In this document: one piece after another, positions 31,466 to 42,719 of the stretch
How the letters are laid out: each line of letters begins with the position of its first letter
Numbering within the stretch: position 1 is the stretch's first letter
Origin: Candidatus Eiseniibacteriota bacterium
GTDB taxonomy: Bacteria > Eisenbacteria > RBG-16-71-46
Length of the DNA: 64,000 nucleotides
Direction of reading: 5' to 3'
Assembly: GCA_963776245.1 (NCBI GenBank)
Contig: CAVZLN010000003.1
Coordinates: forward strand, 256,001 to 320,000
The notes under the pieces: generated by a model
The model's database searches: none
Seen by the model: only the letters and a program-made list of their open reading frames with translations
What the model was told of the DNA's origin: nothing
Made by a program: the position numbers and the translations under genes

Positions 31466-33390
31466 CGGCGCGCCTCGCCGCGGAGCCGCCCGAGCAGCGC
31501 ATCGAGCTCGTCCTCGGCGAACGGCTTGTGAAGCACGTCGCGGACCGCGGCCTCGTGCGCCACCGCGCGATCGGCGGGGTCGCGCACCAGCGCGATCAGC
31601 GTCGCCGCCGAGCCCTCGCGCTCGAGCCGCTCGCGCACCCCGGCGACCAGGGCGACACCGCTCGCGTCGGGCAACTCGACGTCGAGGCACACCAGTTCCC
31701 ACGGTCCGCGCCGGAGCGCGCTGACGAGCGTCACGGCGCTGTCCACCGCGTCCACCTCGAAGCCGCGCTTCTGCAGCATGCGCATCAGGAACAGCCGCGC
31801 CATCATCGAGTCCTCGGCCACCAGCGCGCGGTGCGCGTGGGCGGCGACCGGCGCGGCCGGCGCGGGCGGCGGGGCCGCGGTCTCGGCCACTCCGGGGACC
31901 ACCCGCGCCCACGGCGGCGCCGGCGGGGCCACGGCCTCCTCGGGCACCACGTCGGCCGCCTCGAGCACGCGTGACGCGGGCTCCGGCAGCGGCTCGACCG
32001 CGGCGCCGTCGAGCAGTTGGAGCACCGGCCGCTCCGCGGGCGGGCGCGACACGCCGGCGTCCCACCCGGATCCGGGCGCGGACACGATCAACTCCACCTT
32101 CGGCGGCGGAACCGGGCGGGGCGGCGGCGGTGTGCGGGGCTGCCACGTGCCCGGGGCTCGCGGGTCGGCGTCCGGCGGCGCGGGCTCGGGCCGCGGCGCG
32201 GCGGCCGCGTCCGTCGGCGGCACCGTGGGGCGGGCCGCGGGCTCGGCACGCGCCACCTCGGGCGCGCGCTCCGCGGCCCGGGCCGACCCCTCGGCGGTCC
32301 GCTCCCCGGCGCGCGCGGGGTCGGGCACCGGCAGCGGCTCCACGCCGGCCAGCAGGCGCGCCACGTCCACCCGCCACCACGACTCGCCCTCGTCGGTGCG
32401 CACCATCCCGTCCAGTCCGTCCACCGGAGCCGCGGTCGGAGCGACGCACCCGTCGGCCGGAAAACGCCACACCAGGCGGTCGGCCACCAGCCAGGCGCGA
32501 CGCAGACCGTGCGCCACCATCACCACCGGCCGCTCGTCCTCGGACTCCACCAGCGGCGCCAGCGGGGCGATCTGCGCGGCCGGCGGCATCGCCGTGGCGA
32601 CCTCGCGGTCGGCCATCAGGTGCACGTGGAGCACGGAGTGCCAGGGCAGCGCGAGGGGCAGCCCGCCCTGGACCACCATCAGGTAGGCCGCGCGCGCCGA
32701 GTGCGCGGGCACGCGGATGCGCCACGTGCCCGGGGGCGCGGCCCCGCCGACCGGGCCGAGATTGCCGTCCACCGCGGCGAGCACCTCGCTCGCGGCGCGC
32801 AGCCCCATCGGGTCGATGCCCGAGACCCACACCTCGAGCATCGAGTCCTCGGCGGTCACGCGCAGCGTGCGGGCCGGCGTGCCGCCCTCCAGCCAGTCGA
32901 GCGCCGCGCGCAGCGCGGCGGCCACCGGCGCGGTGACCCGCACGCGCTCGAGCGCGTGGCCGTCCTCGCCGGGCACCGCGGGCAGATCCTCGATCACGTC
33001 CCCGATGGCGAGCGTGGCCACCGCGGGCTGGGGCCCGGCCTCGTGGAGCACCGCGGCCGACCACTCGAGCGCCTCGAGCTCGGCGGCGAGGCCGGACAGC
33101 TCGACCTCGGCGCGCGTGAACGGCGCGACCGAGCCCGCCTCGCGGGCGGCGTCGCAGAGGCGCGCGAGCCGCTGGATCACGCCCTCCACCGACTCCGGCC
33201 ACGGCACGCCCGCGTGTGGTTCGCACGCGCCCAGCAGGCGGTCGAGTCCCTCGAGTGACAACACCTGGGCGATCTCCCGCGCCACGCCGATGGCGGCTGG
33301 CGAGGTCGTCGGCGCCAGCACCGGCGCGAGCGCGCCGGTCAGCACGGAGGCGATCTCGCGCGCCTCGTCCGCGGAGCCGGAGAGGCTCAT
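31462..33390 (-). CDS. Degenerate CheA-like protein (His-less Hpt, collapsed HATPase, CheW-like domain, Pro linker, REC)
   Basis: YLMVVQGGLPLALPWHSVLHV / VVMVAHGLRRAWLVADRL / DGMVRTDEGESWWRVDVARL follow the CheA P5 pattern; C-terminal REC ALVAEDS..CLDVELP..KPF; ATGA overlaps at both ends. Confidence 0.7.
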   Translation of the reverse strand: MSLSGSADEAREIASVLTGALAPVLAPTTSPAAIGVAREIAQVLSLEGLDRLLGACEPHAGVPWPESVEGVIQRLARLCDAAREAGSVAPFTRAEVELSGLAAELEALEWSAAVLHEAGPQPAVATLAIGDVIEDLPAVPGEDGHALERVRVTAPVAAALRAALDWLEGGTPARTLRVTAEDSMLEVWVSGIDPMGLRAASEVLAAVDGNLGPVGGAAPPGTWRIRVPAHSARAAYLMVVQGGLPLALPWHSVLHVHLMADREVATAMPPAAQIAPLAPLVESEDERPVVMVAHGLRRAWLVADRLVWRFPADGCVAPTAAPVDGLDGMVRTDEGESWWRVDVARLLAGVEPLPVPDPARAGERTAEGSARAAERAPEVARAEPAARPTVPPTDAAAAPRPEPAPPDADPRAPGTWQPRTPPPPRPVPPPKVELIVSAPGSGWDAGVSRPPAERPVLQLLDGAAVEPLPEPASRVLEAADVVPEEAVAPPAPPWARVVPGVAETAAPPPAPAAPVAAHAHRALVAEDSMMARLFLMRMLQKRGFEVDAVDSAVTLVSALRRGPWELVCLDVELPDASGVALVAGVRERLEREGSAATLIALVRDPADRAVAHEAAVRDVLHKPFAEDELDALLGRLRGEARR

Positions 33391-34908
33391 CGGGCCTTCT
33401 CCCCGGGCGGGCGCGTGGCCTCGCCCTGCCGTCCGCTCTCGCGGCCGAGCAGGCGCAGCGAGCCGGGCGTGCCGGAACCAGTGCGGGTCTCGCCGGCGAG
33501 CGGCGAGCGGTCCGCGGCGGACGCGCCCGGCGTCGCGGCGGCCGTCGGTGACGCCGCGGACGGGGACTCGGACGCGGGCGCCAGGCGCACGATCAGCCCG
33601 TCGAGCTCGCGCGCCTCGTCGTCGAGGCGGCGCGACAGCCGCTGGGCGGCGCGCGACGCGCGCTCGCCGGCGGCCGACAGGCGCTCGCCCTTCCGGGTGG
33701 CGTCCCCGACCATCTCGCGCACCCGCTCGAGCAGCCGGGCGGCGTCGTCCGGCAGCGCGATGCGGCGCGACGGCGGCGACCTCGGGAGGGGGCAGCTGCT
33801 CGAGGCGCACCGCGATGTCGGCGCGCACGCGCGCCATGCGTTCGGCCGCCGCCGCGACCTCGCTGTCGACGTCGGCGGCCAGCGCGGTGGTGCGCTCGGT
33901 GGCTTCGCGCACGTCGCGGGCGAGTCGCTTGAGCTGCTCGGCCTGGGACTCGGGCGTCGGCCCGGCGGCCACGACGTTGAGCGCGATGAGCGTGGCGCGG
34001 TTGGCGAGCCGCTGGACGTGGTCGGCGATCTCCTGGACCCGCAGCATGCCGGCGGCGAGGTGCTCGACGCTCTCGACCGACGCGGTCACCAGGTCCCGGA
34101 TGGCGGCGGCGGCGGCGGTGCGGATCGCCTCGACGGCGCTCGCCTGGGACGCGGACTCCGGCGGGGCCGGGAGCCGAAGGAGGCTCGCCGCCAGCTCGCC
34201 GCCGAGGCGATGCAGCTCGCGCACGGTGGTGAGCAGCGCGGTCGCTTCGACGAAGCCGCGCTCGGTCTGCTCGGCCGACTCGCGCGCGTCGGCGACCGCC
34301 TCGTGGATCTCGTCGCGGACCTGGCGCGCGGCGTCGGTGTTCTCGTCGCGGATGGCCTGGCCGCGCGCCAGCGTGCGGTTGAGCACCCCGGTCAGGGGCG
34401 CCAGCGTGATGCCGTCGATCACCAGCGGCTCCCAGCGTTCGGTGCGGCCCCAGCGCTCCAGCGCCTCGCGCAGGCGCGCCAGCTGGACCAGCAGCGCCTC
34501 GAGCTCGTTCGCCGAGCGCTGGGACTGGTGGCGGCGCACGAGCAGCTGTTGGATCTGCTGCGTGAGCTGGGACAGCTCGCCCCACCCGGACGCCGAGGGC
34601 AGGCCGCGCAGGTCGCTGACGCGCTCCCCCGCCACGCCCCGGATCAATCCGTCGAGATGCCCCACCACGTGACGATCGAGCCACAGTGCGGTGATCAGGC
34701 CCAACGCCACCCCGACCCCCCCGATCGCCGGCAGCCACACCCACACCAGGTCCGGCGCCAGCAGTCCCGAGGCGCGCGTGGACACGACCCACCACAGCAG
34801 GCCGCCGGCAGCGGCCGGGGCGACCAGGCAGCCGAACCACAGCCGGAGGCGCAGCCCGGGGCCGGAATGGGCCACCGGAACCGGTTTGGGATGCGCGGGT
34901 TCAGCCAT
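33387..34908 (-). CDS. Methyl-accepting chemotaxis-like membrane protein with divergent signalling tip; frameshift at ~33762
   Basis: Two TM helices, HAMP-like GELSQLTQQIQQL, long heptad coiled coil, QEIADHVQRLANRATLIALN...ARDVREATERT. Confidence 0.7.
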
Positions 34909-34972
34909 GGCGCGGCCGTCCGGAGGGAGGACGAGGCAGGAAGGATGGGCAGTGGCTCACGACCATGGACTC

Positions 34973-34988
34973 CGCAATTCACATGCCC
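34973..34988 (-). promoter_or_regulatory. Sigma-54 (-24/-12) promoter for the MCP-like operon
   Basis: GGGCATGTGAATTGCG: GG-N10-GC with TTGC, 65 nt upstream of ATG 34908. Confidence 0.6.
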
Positions 34989-35397
34989 CGCCCGGCGCCC
35001 GGCCGCGTCGGACCGGGCAGGGGCCGGCGCGGCCGGGCGGGGGCCGGCGCGAGCGGCCGGGCCCCCTATCGGCGGCGCCACCGTGCGGTTCGCACGAGCG
35101 ACGCTATCGCACGCCATCCCATGCGGCTGCGCGCGCGGCGGCGCACCCGGCACGCGGCCCGGATGTCAGCGGGTTGCGAAACAGCATAGCGGTCGGGACC
35201 GCGCGCGACCACCCCCACGCGCGGGCGCCCCGGCCGGAGCCGCCGGGCAGAGGTGGGTCGGAACCCCCGGCCGCTGAGCGTTCGCGCGTGAAACCGGCGC
35301 CATCACGACGCTTGCCGACCGGGCGGCCGGGCGCTCCGGGACCCACTGAACGCGGCGCGCGCAATGGATGCGGTGCGGGCGAGCGGATCGCGGTGCG

Positions 35398-35413
35398 TGG
35401 CACGGGGACTGCA
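35398..35413 (+). promoter_or_regulatory. Sigma-54 (-24/-12) promoter for the 35487 gene
   Basis: TGGCACGGGGACTGCA: TGGCACG plus GG-N10-GC, about 74 nt upstream of the ATG. Confidence 0.7.
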
Positions 35414-35486
35414 TTCCATCTGGACCGAGTGCAGGGGCGAGTCCCGCCCCGCGAGCCGGTAGGACACCGCACGCACGAGGCGCCCG

Positions 35487-36248
35487 ATGAACCCGCGTCA
35501 CTACATCGACCTCAAGGAATCGAGCCGCGACCTCCAGCCGACCTACTATTTCATGATCAACTGTCTCCTCTACAGCCGCATGGAGACGGGGCTGGTCTCG
35601 AACCAGGAGTGCTACGACGAGGACGTGAACGTCTACCTCGCGCACCTGCTCCACTCGTTCATCAACCCCGAGTTCGTGGAGCAGTCGAAGCGGTTCCTCT
35701 CGAAGTACGACACCGACGTGTTCCGCCGCCTGTCCGGCTCGTCCGACGCGCGGCTGAAGTACATGATCTACAAGACCAACGCCGACTTCCTGCTGGTCTC
35801 GATCGGGATCTTCGACAACCCGATGGCGGCGGGGGGCGCGCGGCGCGGCCAGCCCGGCGAGGAGGCCTACGTCGGCCGGGGCAAGACCTACTACCACTTC
35901 GCGTACTCGTACGCGCAGCAGATCCACCGCAAGAACGCGGGCGTGGCCGAGGTGCTCGAGAAGCTCTCGGTCGGATTCGACAAGTACATCCGGATCCTGT
36001 CGCACATGCGTGGCGAGTATCTCGATCTGATGAAACGGCTGTCCCAGGGCGAGGTCTATCATCTCGAGCGCTCGGTCGACGAGCACGCGCAGCGCGAGCT
36101 GCTCCGCCTCAAGCAGGACGAGTTGCTCGAGTTGTACTCCGCCTGGAAGACCCAGCCGGACCCCCGGACCACGGAGGACCTCGAGCGGGTGGTGAGTGAG
36201 ATCCGTCAGCTGAACCCGTCGTTCAAGTTCGAGCTACCGAAGCGCTGA
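35487..36248 (+). CDS. Hypothetical all-alpha cytoplasmic protein
   Basis: Clean 253-aa ORF with high GC3 and Tyr/Lys/Phe-rich composition; no domain recognised. Confidence 0.85.
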   Translation: MNPRHYIDLKESSRDLQPTYYFMINCLLYSRMETGLVSNQECYDEDVNVYLAHLLHSFINPEFVEQSKRFLSKYDTDVFRRLSGSSDARLKYMIYKTNADFLLVSIGIFDNPMAAGGARRGQPGEEAYVGRGKTYYHFAYSYAQQIHRKNAGVAEVLEKLSVGFDKYIRILSHMRGEYLDLMKRLSQGEVYHLERSVDEHAQRELLRLKQDELLELYSAWKTQPDPRTTEDLERVVSEIRQLNPSFKFELPKR

Positions 36249-36274
36249 CGCCGCGCGTCACGCCGGCGTGACGG

Positions 36275-36307
36275 AGACCCCGCCGTGGGAGGACGGCGGG
36301 GTCTTTC
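36275..36307 (+). terminator. Rho-independent terminator-like hairpin
   Basis: AGACCCCGCCGT-GGGAGG-ACGGCGGGGTCT followed by a short T run, between convergent genes. Confidence 0.7.
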
Positions 36308-36308
36308 G

Positions 36309-37685
36309 TCAGGCGCGCGGTCGCCCGCGGGGCGGGGACGCGGCGCGATCCGGTGCTCGCTGCCCGCGGAGGGCGGCCCGCAACGCGTCCCCGTCGACCA
36401 GGTGCCACCACGCACACCCCAGCGCGATCATCGTCACCAGCTGATTGCGGTAGGTGAACCAGTAGTGCCGGTTCGAGTGCTGGGCCGCCGCCGCGTACCA
36501 CAGATAGGGGCCGGCCGCGATGACCACGAGGAGCGCCAGGAACCACCCGTCCGTCCGCGGCCTGCGGAACCGGAGGACGAGCGCTCCCGCGGCCGCCAGC
36601 GTCAGGCCATAGAGCACGATGTTGAGCTTCAGACGCTGCGGATCGTCCCACTCCAGGAGCGCGGCGACGTTGAGCAACGGGGCGCTGATCCTCCCCGGCA
36701 CCGTGAAGCCGACCAGCGAGTCCAGCATCTGCGAGACGTTCGTGCTCTTCGCGCCGCCGCGCAGCGCCAGCTGCTCGAGCCCGTCCGCGATCACGTCCTG
36801 TCCCAGCAACGCCGAGGCGAGCACCCACTTTCCGCCCCAGCACGCCGCGTACGCGAACAGCCACGCCGCGCTGCAGCCGAGGACCCGCCGCGGCCCCTCG
36901 CGGAGCCCCGCCAGGCGGTGCCGGGAGCGCAGTCCGTGCACCAGGATCACGAGCGGGACGCCGAGGGTCATCAACGGCGCTGAGAGCACGTCGAAGAACG
37001 CCGTCAGGGCACCGGCGACCGAGAAGGTCGCGATCTGGAAGGTGTCGGACCGCCCGCGGCTCCGGGCCACGAACAGCGACAGCGCCATCGCGAGCACGTA
37101 GGTCTGGACGAGCTGGAGGCTCTGCACCGCGGCCAGGACATTGCTGAGCAGCAGCGCCAGGAGGATCGCGACCGCGAGCGGCGCGTCGGTCCTCCACAGC
37201 GTGCGCGTCAGCAGGCCGGTGAGGAGCGCGAGGATCGCCCCGAGGACGAGCAGGACCTGTCCGCGGTCGAGGAGGACGAGCAACGGCCGCAGGTAGACCA
37301 GGTACCCGTGCCAGTAGCGGGCGTAGGACCAGGCCCGGCTCGGCTGCGACGAAGCGAGCGGTCCGAGCGGCAGCCAGGTGGTCGAGTCCAGCGCGGACTC
37401 GCGCAGCGAATCGGCCAGCGCGGCGTGGAGCGGATGGCGCGCGTCGACCGTGTACGCCACGTTGAGCATGACCGCATCGGTGTAATGGTCGAGTTGGAAG
37501 GCCTTCGACTGGACGCCGAAGGCCCGCGGGTAGCCGCCGCCCGGCAGAAGATCGGCGGCGGACTCCCGGCACTTCCCCTCGATGGCGGCGCGCGGGACCA
37601 GGCAGGACGCCGTGAGCGCGAGCAGGAACACCAGGCAGAGCGCGGGCGGAACGAGCAGCATCGCCACCACGGACCGCCGGTTCAC
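36309..37685 (-). CDS. Multi-pass membrane protein with YARYWHGY motif (putative GT-C-type glycan-modifying enzyme)
   Basis: LDHYTDAVML, YARYWHGYLVYLRPL, AFFDVLSAP, WGGKW, HSNRHYWFTYR; GTGA overlap with asnB. Confidence 0.65.
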   Translation of the reverse strand: MNRRSVVAMLLVPPALCLVFLLALTASCLVPRAAIEGKCRESAADLLPGGGYPRAFGVQSKAFQLDHYTDAVMLNVAYTVDARHPLHAALADSLRESALDSTTWLPLGPLASSQPSRAWSYARYWHGYLVYLRPLLVLLDRGQVLLVLGAILALLTGLLTRTLWRTDAPLAVAILLALLLSNVLAAVQSLQLVQTYVLAMALSLFVARSRGRSDTFQIATFSVAGALTAFFDVLSAPLMTLGVPLVILVHGLRSRHRLAGLREGPRRVLGCSAAWLFAYAACWGGKWVLASALLGQDVIADGLEQLALRGGAKSTNVSQMLDSLVGFTVPGRISAPLLNVAALLEWDDPQRLKLNIVLYGLTLAAAGALVLRFRRPRTDGWFLALLVVIAAGPYLWYAAAAQHSNRHYWFTYRNQLVTMIALGCAWWHLVDGDALRAALRGQRAPDRAASPPRGRPRA

Positions 37686-39627
37686 CGGTGCTCCGCCCCG
37701 ACGCCGGCGGGGACGCGTCCCGCCACCCAGCACTCCGCCCACATCTGCAGGCTGAGCACGGTCCACAGCGTGCGCCCGCGCTCCACCCGGCCCGCGAGGT
37801 GATCGTCGAGCAGGGTCGCGACCGCGGCCGGATCGAGCACGCCCGCGTTGCGCACGCGCTCCGGCGCCAGGCGCGCGCCCACCAGGCCGCGCAGCGGCCC
37901 GCGCGACCACACGGTGAACGGCGGCGAGAAGCCCTGCTTGCGGCGCGTCAGCACCTCCCGCGGCAGCAGGTCGCGCGCCAGCTGGCGGAGCACCCACTTG
38001 CCGGTGGTGCCGCGCAGCTTGAGCGGCCGCCGGCAGCCGCATCGCGTGCTCGATGAGCGCGTGGCGGAGGAACGGCGCGCGCGACTCGACGACCGTGCCC
38101 CATGGTGCAGCGGTCCACCTTGGTGAGCAGCCCGGTCAGGTAGGTCTCGAAGTCGAACAGCTGATAGGCCACCAGCCGCGGATCGCGTTCGAGGTCACCC
38201 ACCGGCGCCTCGCGCAGGTCGCGCGTCACGCGATCGAGATGGGCGAGCGGATCGTCCTCGGAGATCCGCGCGCGCAGCTCCGGCGACAGCAGGGCGCGTG
38301 CCTCCGCCGGGGTCGCGGTGCCGAACCACGCCAGGTGCCGTTCGAACGGACGCAGCCCGGCCGACGACAGGAAGCGCTCGGCGAGCATGGCGATCGAGAC
38401 GTGCGTGTGCGCCGGACGCAGCCGCCGCGCCAGCGCCACCAGCGCGCCGCGCAGCCCGGACGGGAGGAGGCGCGCGCGCGTGGCGTGGGCGTGCCCGAGG
38501 TAGGTCGGGTAGCCCGCGAACAGCTCGTCGCCGCCCTCGCCGGTGAGCACCACCGGCACGTGGCGCGCCGCCATGCGCGCGACCGCCCAGGTGGGCAGCA
38601 CGCTCGGGTCGCCGAGCGGCTGGTCGAGCGCTGCCGCCCAAGTCTCGATCACCTCGTCGCCGCCCGCGGCGTCGAGCGTCGTCCTCGTGATGGTCCGCGC
38701 CGATGGCGCGCGCCACCGCGCGCGCGTACTGGATCTCGTCGTACCCCCGCCCCTCGAGGCGCAGGCTGAAGGTCGGGACCGGGGCGTGCGCGGGCGCGCG
38801 CCGCGAGCGCCGCGACCAGCGCGGAGTCGACGCCGCCCGAGAGGAACACGCCGAAGGGCACCTCGCCGGGGATGCGCGAGCGCGACCGCGAGGTCGAGCG
38901 CCTCGCCGGTGCGCGGCGACGCCGCCGTCGGGGGCCATCCGGCCGGCAGCGTGTCCCACGGGCGCCAGTAGCGCCGCAGGCGCTCGCCGTCCTCGCGGCG
39001 CTCGAGCACGTGCGCGGGCGGCAGCTGGCGCACCGCCTCGAACGCGCAATCGCCGCCGACGAAGAACCCGTGCACCAGGTAGCGCGACAGCGCCGCCGGC
39101 GCGGGATCGCGCGACACCCACGGCAGCGCGAACAGCGCGCCCGGCTCCGAGGCGAAGGCGAACGCTCCGCCCGCCGCGGTCACGAACAGCGGCTTCTCGC
39201 CCGCGCGATCGCGCGCCAGCACCAGCGTGCGCGTGGCCGCGTCCCACACCACCGCCGCGAACATGCCGTCGAGGTGCCCGGGGAAGTCCGCGCCGTGCTC
39301 CTCGTAGAGGTGCGTGACCACCGCGGTGTCGATTCCGGTCTCGACGCGGTGGCCGCGCGCGCGCAGGCCGTCGCGCAGCTCGGTGTGGTTGTAGATCTCG
39401 CCGTTCACCAGCGCGTGGCGCGTCCCCGACTCGTCGTGGAACAGGTGCGGGGGCTCGTGCGGGGCGACGATGGCGAGGCGCGCGATGCCGAGCGCGACCT
39501 GGTCGTCGCCCCACAGCGCGCGGCCGTTGGGGCCGCGATGCGCGAGCCGGTCGACCATCGCGCCGACCCGCACGTGGCGCTCGTCCTCCGACATCCGGGG
39601 GGCCCACAGGCCCGCGATCCCGCACAT
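37682..39627 (-). CDS. asnB: Asparagine synthase (glutamine-hydrolysing)-family amidotransferase; about 5 frameshifts
   Basis: MCGIAG, HRGP, NGEIYNH, RDRAGEKPL, FLSGGVDS, LTGEGGDELFAGY, KVDR, ESRAPFL and RRKQGF across several frames. Confidence 0.88.
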
Positions 39628-39664
39628 GGTCGATGGTCTCTCGGTGTGGCCGCGCGCCGCGCGG

Positions 39665-41164
39665 TCAGGGACGGGGAACGGCGCGATACGCCACGAAGCG
39701 CGCGTCGCGATGGAACTCGGTCATGCCGGCCGGAGCCGCGTCGGACGCCTTCACCGAGCGCACCACGACCTCGGCCGGCGCGGCCGGCGCCACGTCGGAC
39801 GCGGTCCACAGACCACGGAGGCGCAGCGCCGCCGCGTAGCGTACCTGATAATTGCTGGTGGTCTCCCTCCCGTTCTCGCTCACCAGCGCGGAGCGGCGGC
39901 CGAGCAGGTAGTCGGTTCCGGGGCTGTAGCACCGCTCGTAACGCACGCTCTCGGCGCCCGCGGCGCGGATCGCGGCGGCGAGCGGGGCGCCGGAGGTGGC
40001 CGTCGCCGCCGCGCGCAGCCGCGCATACCCCGCTCCCAGCAGCAGCGGCGTGAACCCGACCACCGCGGCGAAGGCGAGCGCGCGCCGCCGCGTCGGCGCC
40101 GCGTCCGCCCAGCACAGGGCCGCGAGCCACGCCAGCGGCGGCAGCGCCGGCAGCAGGTAGGTGACGAGCTTGGAACGCGAGAGCGTGAAGAACAGCGCGG
40201 CGAACACCACGAATCCGAGCGCCACCGCGATCCCCGGCCGGGCCCCCGCCGGCGCCTCGCGCAGCCGGCGGGCGCTCCACGGCGTGGCGAGCGACCACGG
40301 CAGCGCGCCCCCGACCAGCACCGCGGGCACGAACCACCACGGCTGCTCGCGCCGGAACGAGCCGCTCGTCAGGCGCTCGAACGACTCCTCGAGGAACGCG
40401 TAGCGCGGGTACTCGGGATGGCGCGCGCACGCCAGCGCGAACCAGGCCCCCGCGAGTCCGAGCGCCAGCAGCCAGCCCGGCCACCACGCGAGCCACCGCA
40501 GCGGCGCGCGCGCGCGCATCAGCAGCGCGGTCGCCGCGCTGCCGCCGAGCGCCCACGCCAGCATCACCGGTCCCTTGAGGAGCAGGCCGAGACCGATCGC
40601 GGCGAACAGGGACGCGCGTCCGCGCGGCGTCGATCCGTCGCGCAATTCGTCGGCGACCGCGGTCCACACCACGGTCACGCACAGGGCCAGCGGCACGTCG
40701 AAGATGACGTACGCGCTCATGGTGGCGAACAGCGGCGCGGCGGCGAGCAGCGCGGCGGCGCGCCACGCGACCCGGCCGCCGGCGGCGCGGCGCGCGAACG
40801 CGGCCAGGGCCAGCAGCGTGGCGAGTCCCGCGGCCATCGCCGGCAGGCGCGCCGCGAGCGGCGTCGGCCCGAGCACGCGGATGGCGGCCGCGGCAGCCCA
40901 GAACAGCGCCGGCGGCTTGTCGAGGTAGGGCATCCCCGCCAGGTGCGGGACCACCACGTCGCCGGCGGCGGCCATCTCGCGCGCGACCTCGGCGTTGCGG
41001 CCCTCGTCGGGATCCACGAGCGGGATCGTGGTGGCCAGCCCCAGCGAGATCGCGAGCGAGGCCAGCAGGACGAGGGCCATCGCGCGACCGTGCCCGCGTG
41101 CGGGGACGACCGCGGCGGGATGGGGCGACGCGGGGATGCCGGCGCGGCTCGGGCGGGTGGCCAT
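39665..41164 (-). CDS. ArnT-like GT-C glycosyltransferase (GT39/GT83)
   Basis: [45 protein letters not shown]. Confidence 0.9.
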   Translation of the reverse strand: MATRPSRAGIPASPHPAAVVPARGHGRAMALVLLASLAISLGLATTIPLVDPDEGRNAEVAREMAAAGDVVVPHLAGMPYLDKPPALFWAAAAAIRVLGPTPLAARLPAMAAGLATLLALAAFARRAAGGRVAWRAAALLAAAPLFATMSAYVIFDVPLALCVTVVWTAVADELRDGSTPRGRASLFAAIGLGLLLKGPVMLAWALGGSAATALLMRARAPLRWLAWWPGWLLALGLAGAWFALACARHPEYPRYAFLEESFERLTSGSFRREQPWWFVPAVLVGGALPWSLATPWSARRLREAPAGARPGIAVALGFVVFAALFFTLSRSKLVTYLLPALPPLAWLAALCWADAAPTRRRALAFAAVVGFTPLLLGAGYARLRAAATATSGAPLAAAIRAAGAESVRYERCYSPGTDYLLGRRSALVSENGRETTSNYQVRYAAALRLRGLWTASDVAPAAPAEVVVRSVKASDAAPAGMTEFHRDARFVAYRAVPRP

Positions 41165-41168
41165 CGCG

Positions 41169-42663
<1,495 letters not shown>

Positions 42664-42719
42664 GGCGCGTCGCTCCCCGAAACGAAGAAGCCGCAGCCGA
42701 CCGCGCCGCGGCTCCGCAC

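Noticed and set aside
31462..34908. 1148-aa MCP-CheA-REC fusion in the ORF track
   Set aside because: An indel at ~33762 shifts into a junk-reading stretch. The natural MCP end (stop at 33387) overlaps a proper ATG at 33390, so these are two genes.
35404..35446. Possible riboswitch (GGGAC..GTCCC stem) before the 35487 gene
   Set aside because: It matches no riboswitch consensus I recognise, and its 5' arm overlaps the sigma-54 motif, so it would lie upstream of the predicted TSS.
37682..39627. asnB as a lasso-peptide cyclase or a true pseudogene
   Set aside because: It has an intact N-terminal Cys glutaminase domain and no precursor or B-protein genes nearby; the frameshifts fit the window-wide error pattern.
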